DNA from: a virus
Lineage: Duplodnaviria; Caudoviricetes
IMG/VR virus record: IMGVR_UViG_3300048839_000240
Location: 1-33,798 of that record
Reading direction: 5' to 3' (one strand)
DNA: 33,798 nucleotides
Positions 15,069 through 24,337 of this stretch are shown here, piece by piece (within the stretch, counting starts at the first letter, position 1; each line of letters begins with the position of its first letter). Made by a program: the position numbers and the translations under genes. The notes beneath the pieces are model-generated. The model made no database searches and was not told where the DNA came from. It saw only the letters and a program-made list of their open reading frames with translations.

Positions 15069-15898
15069 TGCAATCCCGTAAACTTCCAGTTGTAGATCCT
15101 CCTCGAATTGAGGAGATCTTCAACGAGCTAAAAAGCATGAGTGTCCAGTTGGACTCCGATCCGATTCAATTCGGACCCCGGAGATTTAACGAAAAAATCG
15201 CCAAGGTCCGATTCCACCTTGATCGGATTGAGTCAGTTTATTTGCAGGTGAGCCAAGACCTTCATGCCTACAAGCGGTATCTAACGGAGTTGACTGGTAT
15301 CTACGAGTTGGACAAACTGAATCTAATGGTCAATGACCTTGAGGTTCGTCAGGAACGCTCTCAAAAGGAGAGAGAGGCCAAGGCCGATGTTCGGCTAAGA
15401 CAGTCCAAGGATTTGATTCGAGAGATTGAACTCAAGGTCTATGACTTGGAACAGGTGATGATTGTCATCAAGGCCAAACGTACTGACTTGAAGGACATTC
15501 AGGGTCGTATGAGGGATCAAATGAAGCTCATCGACCATGACTTGAGCATGGGAGCCCGATGGGGCAAAGGTTCCGGTCAATCCACTTTTACCGCATCCAA
15601 TGATCTTGATGCCATGCTCAATGGCATTGATAAGCAGAATGAGTGGGGGGACGACGATGACGATCTCCCACCTCCAGAGGAGAACAAAAAGTCACTGGTT
15701 GAATTGGCCAAGGATTCCCCCAAGTCCAACACCTATGATGATTTGATCCCTGCCTCAAAAAAGAACCTAGTGTTAGGAGGTCAGTCTAGTGACGATATAG
15801 ACTCCTTCCTTTCACGTAAGGATGATACAAACAGCCCGAACATTGGGGCAAGCAAAGAAGTGTCTAATGCAGTGAGTTCTTTGCTTGAAGATCTGTGA
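15065..15898 (+). CDS. Coiled-coil protein with acidic tail; possible UvsY-like recombination mediator
   Basis: Long heptad helices and an acidic C-terminus. The function is inferred only from its position next to SSB/RecA. Confidence 0.55.
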   Translation: MMQSRKLPVVDPPRIEEIFNELKSMSVQLDSDPIQFGPRRFNEKIAKVRFHLDRIESVYLQVSQDLHAYKRYLTELTGIYELDKLNLMVNDLEVRQERSQKEREAKADVRLRQSKDLIREIELKVYDLEQVMIVIKAKRTDLKDIQGRMRDQMKLIDHDLSMGARWGKGSGQSTFTASNDLDAMLNGIDKQNEWGDDDDDLPPPEENKKSLVELAKDSPKSNTYDDLIPASKKNLVLGGQSSDDIDSFLSRKDDTNSPNIGASKEVSNAVSSLLEDL

Positions 15899-15967
15899 AA
15901 CATTCACTGTGTTTGGAGTATAGCAATTGGCGCGTCATTTCGACAAGCCTAAAAAGGAGAAACAACA

Positions 15968-16759
15968 ATGTCATTCGGTTTTGATAACGATTCCCACATT
16001 TCCACACGTATTCCCAAGTTCAAGGGTGAGAAGGACAAGGTTTACCGCCTTGGGCTTTCTTGGTTCCCCGGTATCGAAAAGGATACCTTCTCGAAGGACT
16101 CCCTTGACCCAGAGGCTCTGGGGTTTTCTGAAAACCCCTCAAAGCTGTCCCCACGTTTCGTAAGTGGGGAGGTAGTCTACATTGAGAAGTTGGGCTACCT
16201 CATCATTGATTCGGATGAAATCCGAAACATCGTGCAGCAAGTGGCCCCTGGTAAAAAGTCAAATCAGCGTGTTGCTACCGTCGTGGTATCATGGCCAACT
16301 GATTCAGAGGGCAATGTTACCAAGGCCCTACTTTTCTCGCAGAAGCCAAAGGTTCAACCTTGGGTGATTTCTGCCGGTAAGTATGAGCAACTGAAGAAGT
16401 TCCACATGCGGTCTTACCCACTGCATTCCTGGGACTTGCAGGCTGAGCTTGACCCCAAGAAGAATGTGGATTTCCAGGATTGGACTTTCATGCCACAACA
16501 GGACTCTCTGTTCCGTAAGATGCTTTCTGCATCTTCGCCAGAGGCCAAGGAGATTGCGGATTTCGTGATCTCTCGAACACGCCAGATCGTACCTAACTTG
16601 GAGGCTGAGTTGGGTAAGCGCATGAAGCCCCAGGAGCTTCGTGAGGCTCTTGGGTTGGTACCCAAATCATCGGCAACGCCCGATGAGTTCAACAGCGTAT
16701 CGTCTGATGGTGCTGCTGTGGGTAGCCTCATTTCAGGGATGCTAGACGACATCGCTTGA
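15968..16759 (+). CDS. Putative phage single-stranded DNA-binding protein
   Basis: Strong SD (AAGGAG); aromatic beta-rich core; acidic C-terminus (MLDDIA); next to RuvC/RecA. Confidence 0.55.
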   Translation: MSFGFDNDSHISTRIPKFKGEKDKVYRLGLSWFPGIEKDTFSKDSLDPEALGFSENPSKLSPRFVSGEVVYIEKLGYLIIDSDEIRNIVQQVAPGKKSNQRVATVVVSWPTDSEGNVTKALLFSQKPKVQPWVISAGKYEQLKKFHMRSYPLHSWDLQAELDPKKNVDFQDWTFMPQQDSLFRKMLSASSPEAKEIADFVISRTRQIVPNLEAELGKRMKPQELREALGLVPKSSATPDEFNSVSSDGAAVGSLISGMLDDIA

Positions 16760-16785
16760 TACTAGATAAGAGAGGGGTCTGACCC

Positions 16786-17463
16786 ATGATTATTCTCGGA
16801 TTGGACCCCTCCCTTACTAATTACGGCTGGGCTTTGCATGATACGGAAGCTACTGGAGTAGATAGATGTATCAAGCGAAGTCGATTCAAGACTGCTTCCA
16901 AGCAGTTTAAGTATGAGATTGACCGTTACGTTCATTTGCGTGAATCCCTGAAAGAACTCATTCTGACAGAAAACCCAGACCGTATGGGAATAGAGCATCC
17001 AGTGTTGGGGGAGTCTTACTCCGAAGGCATGTATGCTCTATTCTTATTTAGTCTCGATGCCATCAAACAGACCAAAAAGGATGTTGTGATGTATGCACCT
17101 CCACAGGTGAAAGCATTTGCCAGAGAACTTGTCACCCGACCCGATGGTTGGAAAATGATGAAATCTGACATGGTAGATGCTGCAAAGGAGGATACAGGAG
17201 GAAAGGGTAAATGGGATCACAATGAAGCTGATGCTTATCATGTTGCAAGAGCAGCCGGACGTTTTTGGATGCTCCACGATAACAAGATTCAAGAGAGTGA
17301 CTTGTCACCTTACGAATTGAAGGCGTTCACGCATATACACACGTACCAACGGGGTAAAAAGGCAGGTCAAACTGAGATGAAGGGAATTCTTCATCGTGAG
17401 AACGACCGTTTCTTTCTGTTTTCCAAAGAGGATGATGACAATGGCACTAACAAAAAAACCTAA
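16786..17463 (+). CDS. ruvC: RuvC-like Holliday junction resolvase
   Basis: ILGLDPSLTNYGW, GIE, PPQVK, HNEADAY (D/E/D catalytic pattern). Confidence 0.85.
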   Translation: MIILGLDPSLTNYGWALHDTEATGVDRCIKRSRFKTASKQFKYEIDRYVHLRESLKELILTENPDRMGIEHPVLGESYSEGMYALFLFSLDAIKQTKKDVVMYAPPQVKAFARELVTRPDGWKMMKSDMVDAAKEDTGGKGKWDHNEADAYHVARAAGRFWMLHDNKIQESDLSPYELKAFTHIHTYQRGKKAGQTEMKGILHRENDRFFLFSKEDDDNGTNKKT

Positions 17464-18673
17464 AAAGGCTGAATCACAGGGATCTTCTAGCAACCCACTT
17501 CTCCAGGCTAAGTCGGCTTTGAGCCAAGCCCTGAAGTCGGAGGACTGGCAGACCAAGCTAGATGTCAGTCAGCTATCACAATCACTACCACATCTTCCTA
17601 CGGGTTCGATGGTCATCGACTATCTAATCGGAGGTAAACCAAATAAGCATGGTGTGTCCCCATGTCCAGGTTTGCCCAAGGGGCGAATCATTAACCTGTA
17701 CGGACATGAATCGAGCGGGAAAAGCTCCTTAGCTTTGACTGCCGCTGCTACTACCATCAAGAACGGTGGAACGGTGTGCTATATTGACTGGGAAAACGAA
17801 ATTGTCCCTGAATACGCAGTAGCGTTAGGTGTCCCGGTACATGATGACACGAAGTTTCTGTTGTCCCAGCCGGAAACCCTTGAGGATGGTATGGCGGTGG
17901 CCTTTACAATGGCTTCAGCGGGTGTGTCCCTTATCGTGTTCGACTCGGTTGGTGCTGGTGTGTCGAGGGCGTACTTCGACAAGTCCATCAAGGAGACTGG
18001 AGACCGCGCTCAGGTAGGTGCTAATGCTTTGCTATGGTCGCAGTTCCTTCCCAAACTCCGATCCCGCACTCAAAAGACGGGAAGTACGATCATCGGCATT
18101 TCACAGATGCGTGATGCAATCAATACAATGGGCTATGGGGACACCTCCACGGTTCAGGGTGGTAAGGCGTGGAAATTCTACTCCGCGCTTCGTATGAAGC
18201 TCCAGAGAATCAAGACTGAGAAATCCTCGGATTATTCTTCACTCTCCAACTCAACGGAGGAACGTGTGATTGGAGCAGTCATCAAGGCGAAGCTCGACAA
18301 GTGCAAGGTGTCTCCACAACAGGGCAACGAGGAAACCTTCTACATCCGATGGGGTGAGGGAATTGATGATCTTCGTTCCATGATGGAAATCGGTATTGCT
18401 CACAATCTGATCAAGAAGTCCGCTTCTTGGCTGGAGTGGAACAAGCCCGATGGGGACTCCATTCGTCTACAGGGTGTGGAAAAGCTCCGCGCTATGATGA
18501 TGGCAAACCCCGAACTCATCAGTGTCCTGGAGGCACAGGTGAAGCCGTACATGGCCGGTGAGGGTGTTCTTGCCACCTCCACGTCGAAGGAAATCTTCGA
18601 TGATGGTGACGGGGATGAAGATGGGGATGACAACTCCCTTGATGCAGAGGTGCAAGCCCTCCTAAACGGGTAA
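17441..18673 (+). CDS. recA: RecA recombinase
   Basis: PTGS..ID, GLPKGRI..LYGHESSGKS, YIDWE, QPET.E, IVFDSV, SQMR, GGKAWKFYS.LR, KVSP. Confidence 0.93.
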   Translation: MALTKKPKKAESQGSSSNPLLQAKSALSQALKSEDWQTKLDVSQLSQSLPHLPTGSMVIDYLIGGKPNKHGVSPCPGLPKGRIINLYGHESSGKSSLALTAAATTIKNGGTVCYIDWENEIVPEYAVALGVPVHDDTKFLLSQPETLEDGMAVAFTMASAGVSLIVFDSVGAGVSRAYFDKSIKETGDRAQVGANALLWSQFLPKLRSRTQKTGSTIIGISQMRDAINTMGYGDTSTVQGGKAWKFYSALRMKLQRIKTEKSSDYSSLSNSTEERVIGAVIKAKLDKCKVSPQQGNEETFYIRWGEGIDDLRSMMEIGIAHNLIKKSASWLEWNKPDGDSIRLQGVEKLRAMMMANPELISVLEAQVKPYMAGEGVLATSTSKEIFDDGDGDEDGDDNSLDAEVQALLNG

Positions 18674-18685
18674 CGTGGTAGACCC

Positions 18686-19768
18686 ATGCCGATTAAAGTA
18701 CGTGTCCAGAACTTCCAGTCGTTGGAAGACGTGTCTCTGACCATTGACGGCTTTACGGTTGTCACTGGTACCAACAATGCCGGAAAATCGGCGTTGTTCA
18801 GAGCCATACAAGGTGTGTTTATGAACACACCGGGCACTAGCTTTGTTCGGCATGGGTCGAATCATTCTTCGGTTGAACTCCAATTCGACGAAAACCATAC
18901 GGTGGTATGGGAGAAGGGGAATAAAGTCAACCGATATGTGATCAATGGCAAGGTGTTCGATAATGTTGGGGCTGGGACACCTTTGGAGCTAACCGAGTTC
19001 GGTGTGAACCCTGTCACGCTTCAAGAACAGAAATACTGGCCCCAGATTGCCCCTCAGTTGAGGGGCGTCAATTTCCTGTTGGATAAACCCGGTTCCGTAC
19101 TAGCGGAAGCTATCGCTGACGTAGATAGGGTCAACCAACTAAATCGTGCTCTCAAGCTCTGTGACAGCGACCGAAAGAAAGCCAAGGGGGATCTTCGAGT
19201 TCGGCGTGAAGACGCCAAGGAACTACAACAGAAGCTCACTCATTACCACGGGTTGGATACTTGGGTAGAGAAAATCTCCCAAGTGGAGACTAGGAAAACC
19301 AAGCTCGAAAAAATGATGGCTTTGTGTGAGGAGCTAGCTACCCTGAAAGCTCGTCGAGATCGAGCGCGTCTTGAACTTGATGCTCTTGACGGTGTGGGCT
19401 CTCTGTCTGTACCCTCTGAAAATCAAGCACAGAAAATTCGAGAGGTCAAGCAAAGACTGATAGAGGTTCGGGAGTTGAGCAAGCGATTGTCTACGGCTCG
19501 ACAGGCGGTAGATGTCGCCAAGGATGTCCCCGAGATCTCTATCCCCGACATGGCGAAAGCACAGAAGGCGCAAAAAATCAAGCACCTTTTGGATGAGTGT
19601 GTTTCTCTCCGTACTAGACTACGAAACGCGCAAGTCGCGCAAAAAGACGCGGATACCCAGGCCGCAGCCTCACAAGGCAAGCTGGAGCAAGCCTTAGCAG
19701 AGATTGCTTCCATGTTTGACGGGGTGAATGAGTGTCCTACTTGCGGACAGATCCTCTGTAAAGAGTAG
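18686..19768 (+). CDS. sbcC: SbcC/Rad50-like ATPase, N-terminal half ending at the Zn hook
   Basis: VQNFQS, Walker A GTNNAGKS, Q-loop, coiled coil, terminal CPTCGQ; no Walker B. Confidence 0.85.
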   Translation: MPIKVRVQNFQSLEDVSLTIDGFTVVTGTNNAGKSALFRAIQGVFMNTPGTSFVRHGSNHSSVELQFDENHTVVWEKGNKVNRYVINGKVFDNVGAGTPLELTEFGVNPVTLQEQKYWPQIAPQLRGVNFLLDKPGSVLAEAIADVDRVNQLNRALKLCDSDRKKAKGDLRVRREDAKELQQKLTHYHGLDTWVEKISQVETRKTKLEKMMALCEELATLKARRDRARLELDALDGVGSLSVPSENQAQKIREVKQRLIEVRELSKRLSTARQAVDVAKDVPEISIPDMAKAQKAQKIKHLLDECVSLRTRLRNAQVAQKDADTQAAASQGKLEQALAEIASMFDGVNECPTCGQILCKE

Positions 19769-19786
19769 GTCTACGATGGCGTTTAG
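19757..19786 (+). promoter_or_regulatory. Class-1 element variant TGTAAAGA-N15-CGTTTAG
   Basis: Same spacing as the copies at 695, 1026 and 1318; the ATG follows 9 nt after CGTTTA. Confidence 0.65.
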
Positions 19787-19794
19787 ATCTTGTC

Positions 19795-20961
19795 ATGCAC
19801 TTCGACATTGACCAGCACACGATTTTCTTGGGGTTGTCCGGTTCCCATGCGTATGGGATGGCTCGACCTACGTCGGACGTGGACGTTCGAGGTGTGTGTG
19901 TCCCACCGGATACGGTGCGTCGGTCGTTTTGGAAGACTTTCGAGCAGTATCAAACCATGAACCAGGAAGGTTCATGGGGTCCACGCTCCACCGAGGCGAT
20001 GCACAAGATTTTCGTGCATCCTACGGCTGGCCCTTCCTACGAGGTTCACCGGAAGCTCGATCTGACGATTTTCGACATCACGAAGTATGTTCGTTTGGCT
20101 GCTGATGCCAACCCCAACGTGCTTGAGTTGATTTTCCTCGACCAGCGTGACGTTCTCCAGTCTACAGACGAATGGGATTTGCTCCGCGCAAACCGTGACC
20201 TTTTCTTGAGCAAGAAGGTCAAGTATACGTACACCGGGTACGCGCACTCGCAACTCCAGCGTATTGAGTCTCATCGTAAGTGGTTGCTCAATCCCCCCAA
20301 GCAAGAGCCCACTCGTGCGGACTTCGGACTACCAGAGTCGTCCCTAATCCCCTCGAATGTTCGGGACCAGATTGAGGAGACTGTCCAGTTGATGATTCGT
20401 CAATGGCTGTCCGAGGACAACTTGGAGTTGAGCGGGGCAGCACAGGACGTGCTACGGATGCGTATTCAGGATTTCTATGCCGCTTCGATGGGCGTCGATG
20501 TCAAGGATCTACAGGAGTCGATGTACCTTGTGGCGGCTACGACACTTGGAATTACGGATGACGTGCTCCATGTTGTCAAGCAGGAGAAGCGATACCGTAG
20601 CGCCCGTCAAAACTGGCAGAAATACCAGACGTGGAAGCGTGAACGAAACGAGGCTCGTAGTGAGCTAGAAGCCAAGCATGGATTCGACACTAAGCACGCT
20701 AGTCACCTAATTCGACTGATGCGCACGGGGTTGGAAATTTTGCAGGGGAAGGGGCTGCAAGTGAAGCGCCCTGATGCCGAGGAATTGATGTCTATTCGTG
20801 ACGGCGCTTGGTCCTATGAGCATCTAATGGAGCAGGCAAAAATGCTGGAGGATCAGATTTCCGAGGCGTACAAGACGAGCGTATTGCCTAATTCCCCAGA
20901 CCGTGAGAAAATCGATCAGGTGCTCATGAACGCCATCGAAATGGCGTATAAGCATGGATGA
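19795..20961 (+). CDS. Pol-beta-fold nucleotidyltransferase, RlaP/YcgL-like (PF10127-like)
   Basis: GSHAYG...SDVDVRGV, NPNVLE, GYAHSQL, DTKHASHLIRL, LPNSPD. Confidence 0.85.
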   Translation: MHFDIDQHTIFLGLSGSHAYGMARPTSDVDVRGVCVPPDTVRRSFWKTFEQYQTMNQEGSWGPRSTEAMHKIFVHPTAGPSYEVHRKLDLTIFDITKYVRLAADANPNVLELIFLDQRDVLQSTDEWDLLRANRDLFLSKKVKYTYTGYAHSQLQRIESHRKWLLNPPKQEPTRADFGLPESSLIPSNVRDQIEETVQLMIRQWLSEDNLELSGAAQDVLRMRIQDFYAASMGVDVKDLQESMYLVAATTLGITDDVLHVVKQEKRYRSARQNWQKYQTWKRERNEARSELEAKHGFDTKHASHLIRLMRTGLEILQGKGLQVKRPDAEELMSIRDGAWSYEHLMEQAKMLEDQISEAYKTSVLPNSPDREKIDQVLMNAIEMAYKHG

Positions 20962-21971
20962 TTAGGTTAGTCTGGCGCACGGACGTTCATTGCTCCGACC
21001 ATACTCCGTCCAGTCGCACTGACGATTGGATGACAGAGGTACTAGATAGTCTCCAACAGGTAGGTGATATCGCCCTACGTGTTGGAGCTAATGCTATTTT
21101 GGACGGGGGAGATTTTTTTGATCCCAAGGTGCCCATGCGCATTAGTCACAAGCTGATGCAACGGGTTATTTCTCTCCATTCGACATACCCTTGTCCGGTC
21201 TATGCAAATGTCGGTAATCACGATTGTCGTCAGAGTCAGCTATCGGCCCTTCCAGAAGGCCCCTTGGGCTCCCTCATGGAGTCAGGGGTGTTCAAGCGAT
21301 GCTACACGGTTCGAGATAAGGGACAGATCGTAGATCGACATTCGGTTGTGTTCGACGACTATGCCCGTAAGGTCAGGGTTGAAGGAATACCCTACCACGG
21401 ACCTAAATACGACATGTCCTACTTCAAGGACATCCAGAAGGGGGACGCTGATTATTTAGTGGTCATGGCCCACGTTCTAGCCTCACCCCAGGGCGGGTCT
21501 ATGTTTGCCGGAGAGGATATTGTTCGTTACTCCGACCTACTGGAGTTAAACCCGGAGGTGGATGTATGGATGTTCGGTCACTGGCATCAGGACCAGGGGG
21601 TTACTGAGATCGCTCCGAACAAGTGGGTCGTGAATATTGGTTCATTGACGCGAGGTTCCTTGACCCAAGATAACATCACTCGGATTCCAGGGGTCGCAGT
21701 CATCTCCTTTGGAGAAGTCGGTAGTGGTGGCAGGATTGATGTTCAAGTAGAGCGGCTGAATGTACGGCCCGCAGAGGAGGTGTTTGATCTCCAGAAGCGA
21801 GTCCGTGAGGAGGCCAAGGCGATGACAATTGATGCCTTCGTGAACGAGGTACAGGAGTCATTGACCAAACGTGAGAAGGGTGAACTCACGGAGAGTATTC
21901 AGGGAATGAACATCCCCAACGCAGTGAAAGAAAGGACTTTGGAGCTACTAGAGAGGGCTTCTAAGCGGTAA
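20958..21971 (+). CDS. sbcD: SbcD/Mre11-like metallophosphoesterase nuclease
   Basis: TDVH, GGDFFD, GNHD, AH, FGHWH and NIGSL.R motifs. Confidence 0.88.
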   Translation: MIRLVWRTDVHCSDHTPSSRTDDWMTEVLDSLQQVGDIALRVGANAILDGGDFFDPKVPMRISHKLMQRVISLHSTYPCPVYANVGNHDCRQSQLSALPEGPLGSLMESGVFKRCYTVRDKGQIVDRHSVVFDDYARKVRVEGIPYHGPKYDMSYFKDIQKGDADYLVVMAHVLASPQGGSMFAGEDIVRYSDLLELNPEVDVWMFGHWHQDQGVTEIAPNKWVVNIGSLTRGSLTQDNITRIPGVAVISFGEVGSGGRIDVQVERLNVRPAEEVFDLQKRVREEAKAMTIDAFVNEVQESLTKREKGELTESIQGMNIPNAVKERTLELLERASKR

Positions 21972-21979
21972 TATCAAGC

Positions 21980-22921
21980 ATGGCAAACATGAAGCCTTTG
22001 TTCTGGTCGCATTTGTACGACTACGAAAACTGCCCCCAGAAATTCCTGTGGACTTATGGGTGGGTTACTATTGACCTTGGAAATGGTTTGGGCAAGGGTA
22101 AGACCAAACCAGAGAGTTCTCGGCATCATGCCGTCATGGGAATTGTCATCCAGGGTGTGTTGGAAGACTTGTACAACAAGGAGCTATGGAAGGATACGTC
22201 CGCTCCCCTGGAAACCACGCTTCGTAAGCTCACCGCTGAAAAACTATCCAAGGAACTTCAGAGAAATTACGTCGATTGGGGGAAGATCTCCTTTGAGGAG
22301 ATTCATGACACTTGCGAGAACGGTGTCCTGGGGTATTTGAAGACCATGAAGGGTCAAAAGCTACTTGGACCTTATGCGAAGTCCGAGGTTGAGCTAAAAG
22401 CTCAGTTGACGGATGACCTAGTGATTTCTGGACGTGCGGACTTCATCATTCAGAGGGAGGACAGCGGGGTGATGATCTTGGACGGCAAGAACAGCAAGAC
22501 CAAGATGAAAAACGTGAACCCTGACCAGTTGCGCTACTACGCCCTGTGTTTCTCTCTGATTCACCAAGCCTTACCCGATCGTTTGGCCTTCGTGTGGTTT
22601 CGCTACCCCTATGACGAATCCATTGGGGAGTCCGGGGTGGATTGGATTGAGTACACAAGCAGGGACTTGAAGTCGCTTTCGGATAGAGCAGTTGTTGCTC
22701 GTCAGGGTATGATCAAGGAGGATTTTCCCGCAAATCCTCAACCCTCCTACTGTAAAAACTGTGACTTTGAGGACATGTGTCCAGAGCGACAGGCACAGAA
22801 GGAAAATAACCGGAGAAAACGGGGTAAGAAAGGTTCGTCACTCCCTATCGTGACGGACAACAACTATCTGAAAAATGGTCCGGTCGAGATTGGGTTTTCC
22901 ATAGACGACCTTTTGGAGTAA
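21980..22921 (+). CDS. PD-(D/E)XK nuclease, Cas4/AddB-like with Fe-S cysteines
   Basis: N-terminal CP, GRAD...ILDGK, QL.YY, C-terminal CKNCDFEDMC. Confidence 0.85.
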   Translation: MANMKPLFWSHLYDYENCPQKFLWTYGWVTIDLGNGLGKGKTKPESSRHHAVMGIVIQGVLEDLYNKELWKDTSAPLETTLRKLTAEKLSKELQRNYVDWGKISFEEIHDTCENGVLGYLKTMKGQKLLGPYAKSEVELKAQLTDDLVISGRADFIIQREDSGVMILDGKNSKTKMKNVNPDQLRYYALCFSLIHQALPDRLAFVWFRYPYDESIGESGVDWIEYTSRDLKSLSDRAVVARQGMIKEDFPANPQPSYCKNCDFEDMCPERQAQKENNRRKRGKKGSSLPIVTDNNYLKNGPVEIGFSIDDLLE

Positions 22922-22928
22922 TACGGAT

Positions 22929-23198
22929 ATGGATTTGGATGACAAACTGAGTTCGCTGATTAAGCGACGGAGTTCGCTTGAAACTGAAGTCCAGCGATTG
23001 CAGGGACGTAAGGAGCAAGCGGAGAAAAACCTGGCCCAGATTGAGGAGGAATGTCGGTCGAAAAAGATTGATCCCTCCAAGATTGATGAGGTCATTGCAG
23101 AGCTAGAGAGACTTTACGTGTCTCAAGTCGAAGAACTTGAGACTGACATCAAAAATGCTGAGCAGGCTTTGAGTGCATACACAGGAGATTCAAGATGA
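22929..23198 (+). CDS. Small coiled-coil protein (89 aa)
   Basis: Heptad-repeat helices; coupled to dnaN. Confidence 0.8.
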   Translation: MDLDDKLSSLIKRRSSLETEVQRLQGRKEQAEKNLAQIEEECRSKKIDPSKIDEVIAELERLYVSQVEELETDIKNAEQALSAYTGDSR

Positions 23199-24337
23199 AA
23201 ATTGAGGTTACTAAGAGAGATTTAGAGAGTGCCCTACAGGTAGTGACTATTGCGGCGGCTAGCACGGGTAGTGATTTGACCACCCACCTAGTTTTCCGTA
23301 CACAGAACGAGAGAACCGAGGTTCTAGCCAACAATGGTCGCATTGGTTTGGTTTCCCCCTTGATTTGTAAGTCCTCCGATGAGGGGTCTTTTACGGTTGA
23401 GGCGTGGCGACTGAAACAGTGGATTTCTGCCGTCGAGGATTCGGTACTTACCCTAGAGTACGAAAACCACAAGGTTACGGCGTCTAGTCCCAAGGGATCG
23501 GTCAAGTTCAGTTCCTTGGACCCCGAGCATTTCCCCTATTGGGATGAGACCTTCTCCGCGACGGAGAAGGGGTACACGATGAAGGCCCGTCAGCTACATG
23601 CCGCCCTAAATCACGTCAAGATGTTCATTTCGGACAAGGACGTGAAGCGCCCTGCCTTGGCCGTGACCGAGATTAAGGAAGTCAACGGCAAGCGGCTACT
23701 CATGGCAACGGATAAGGCTTCTCTGGGCGTTGTAGAGCTTCCCGTGTTCGCAACCGCAAATTTCCGAGTGCATGGGAAAGACATCCCCTCCCTCAATGCG
23801 TTTCTAGGCGCATCCGGTGAGGAAGACGTGGAGGTTCGTGAGCATTCGTCCCGTATGTTCATTATTCGTGGGGATGGGAGCATCCTCAATGTTGGACGCC
23901 CCGCTCATGCCTTCCCTGATATCAACGTCTCGGATGAGGAGGACCAGTATCTTGTGACTGTCAAGGTAGCAGACCTAAAATCCTCGCTTAGCGCGCTCGC
24001 TGCTGGTGCATCCAAGGAGGATACCCGAGTATCTTTCCGAGTCGGAAAGGGCGAGTTGTACGTCAGTATGGCTAGCGCATCGGGTTCCAAGGACACTCTC
24101 CACATGGAGATTCAGGAGTTGAAGATTAAGGAGGAGGCCCCCTCCCTTCCAGACACAGGGTTCGATCTTCCCAACACTTACGTCCTCAAGGCCCTGTCAC
24201 AGACCAAGAATGACACGATCACCCTTGGTGTGAACGCAAAACTCAATGACCAGGGCAAGGTCAAGAGTGGATACGTCCGCATTAAAGAATCGCGTGACAG
24301 TGGGGTATACACGACAGTCCTAGTCTGGTTGACATGA
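23195..24337 (+). CDS. dnaN: DNA polymerase III beta sliding clamp
   Basis: 380 aa; MKIEVTKRDL..AL start, DPEHFP, RPAL, MATD, AFPD motifs; three-domain spacing. Confidence 0.8.
   Translation: MKIEVTKRDLESALQVVTIAAASTGSDLTTHLVFRTQNERTEVLANNGRIGLVSPLICKSSDEGSFTVEAWRLKQWISAVEDSVLTLEYENHKVTASSPKGSVKFSSLDPEHFPYWDETFSATEKGYTMKARQLHAALNHVKMFISDKDVKRPALAVTEIKEVNGKRLLMATDKASLGVVELPVFATANFRVHGKDIPSLNAFLGASGEEDVEVREHSSRMFIIRGDGSILNVGRPAHAFPDINVSDEEDQYLVTVKVADLKSSLSALAAGASKEDTRVSFRVGKGELYVSMASASGSKDTLHMEIQELKIKEEAPSLPDTGFDLPNTYVLKALSQTKNDTITLGVNAKLNDQGKVKSGYVRIKESRDSGVYTTVLVWLT

Noticed and set aside
21980-22921. Cas4-like gene as evidence of a CRISPR-Cas system
   Set aside because: No cas1/cas2 or array is present; solo Cas4-like nucleases are common in phage recombination modules.
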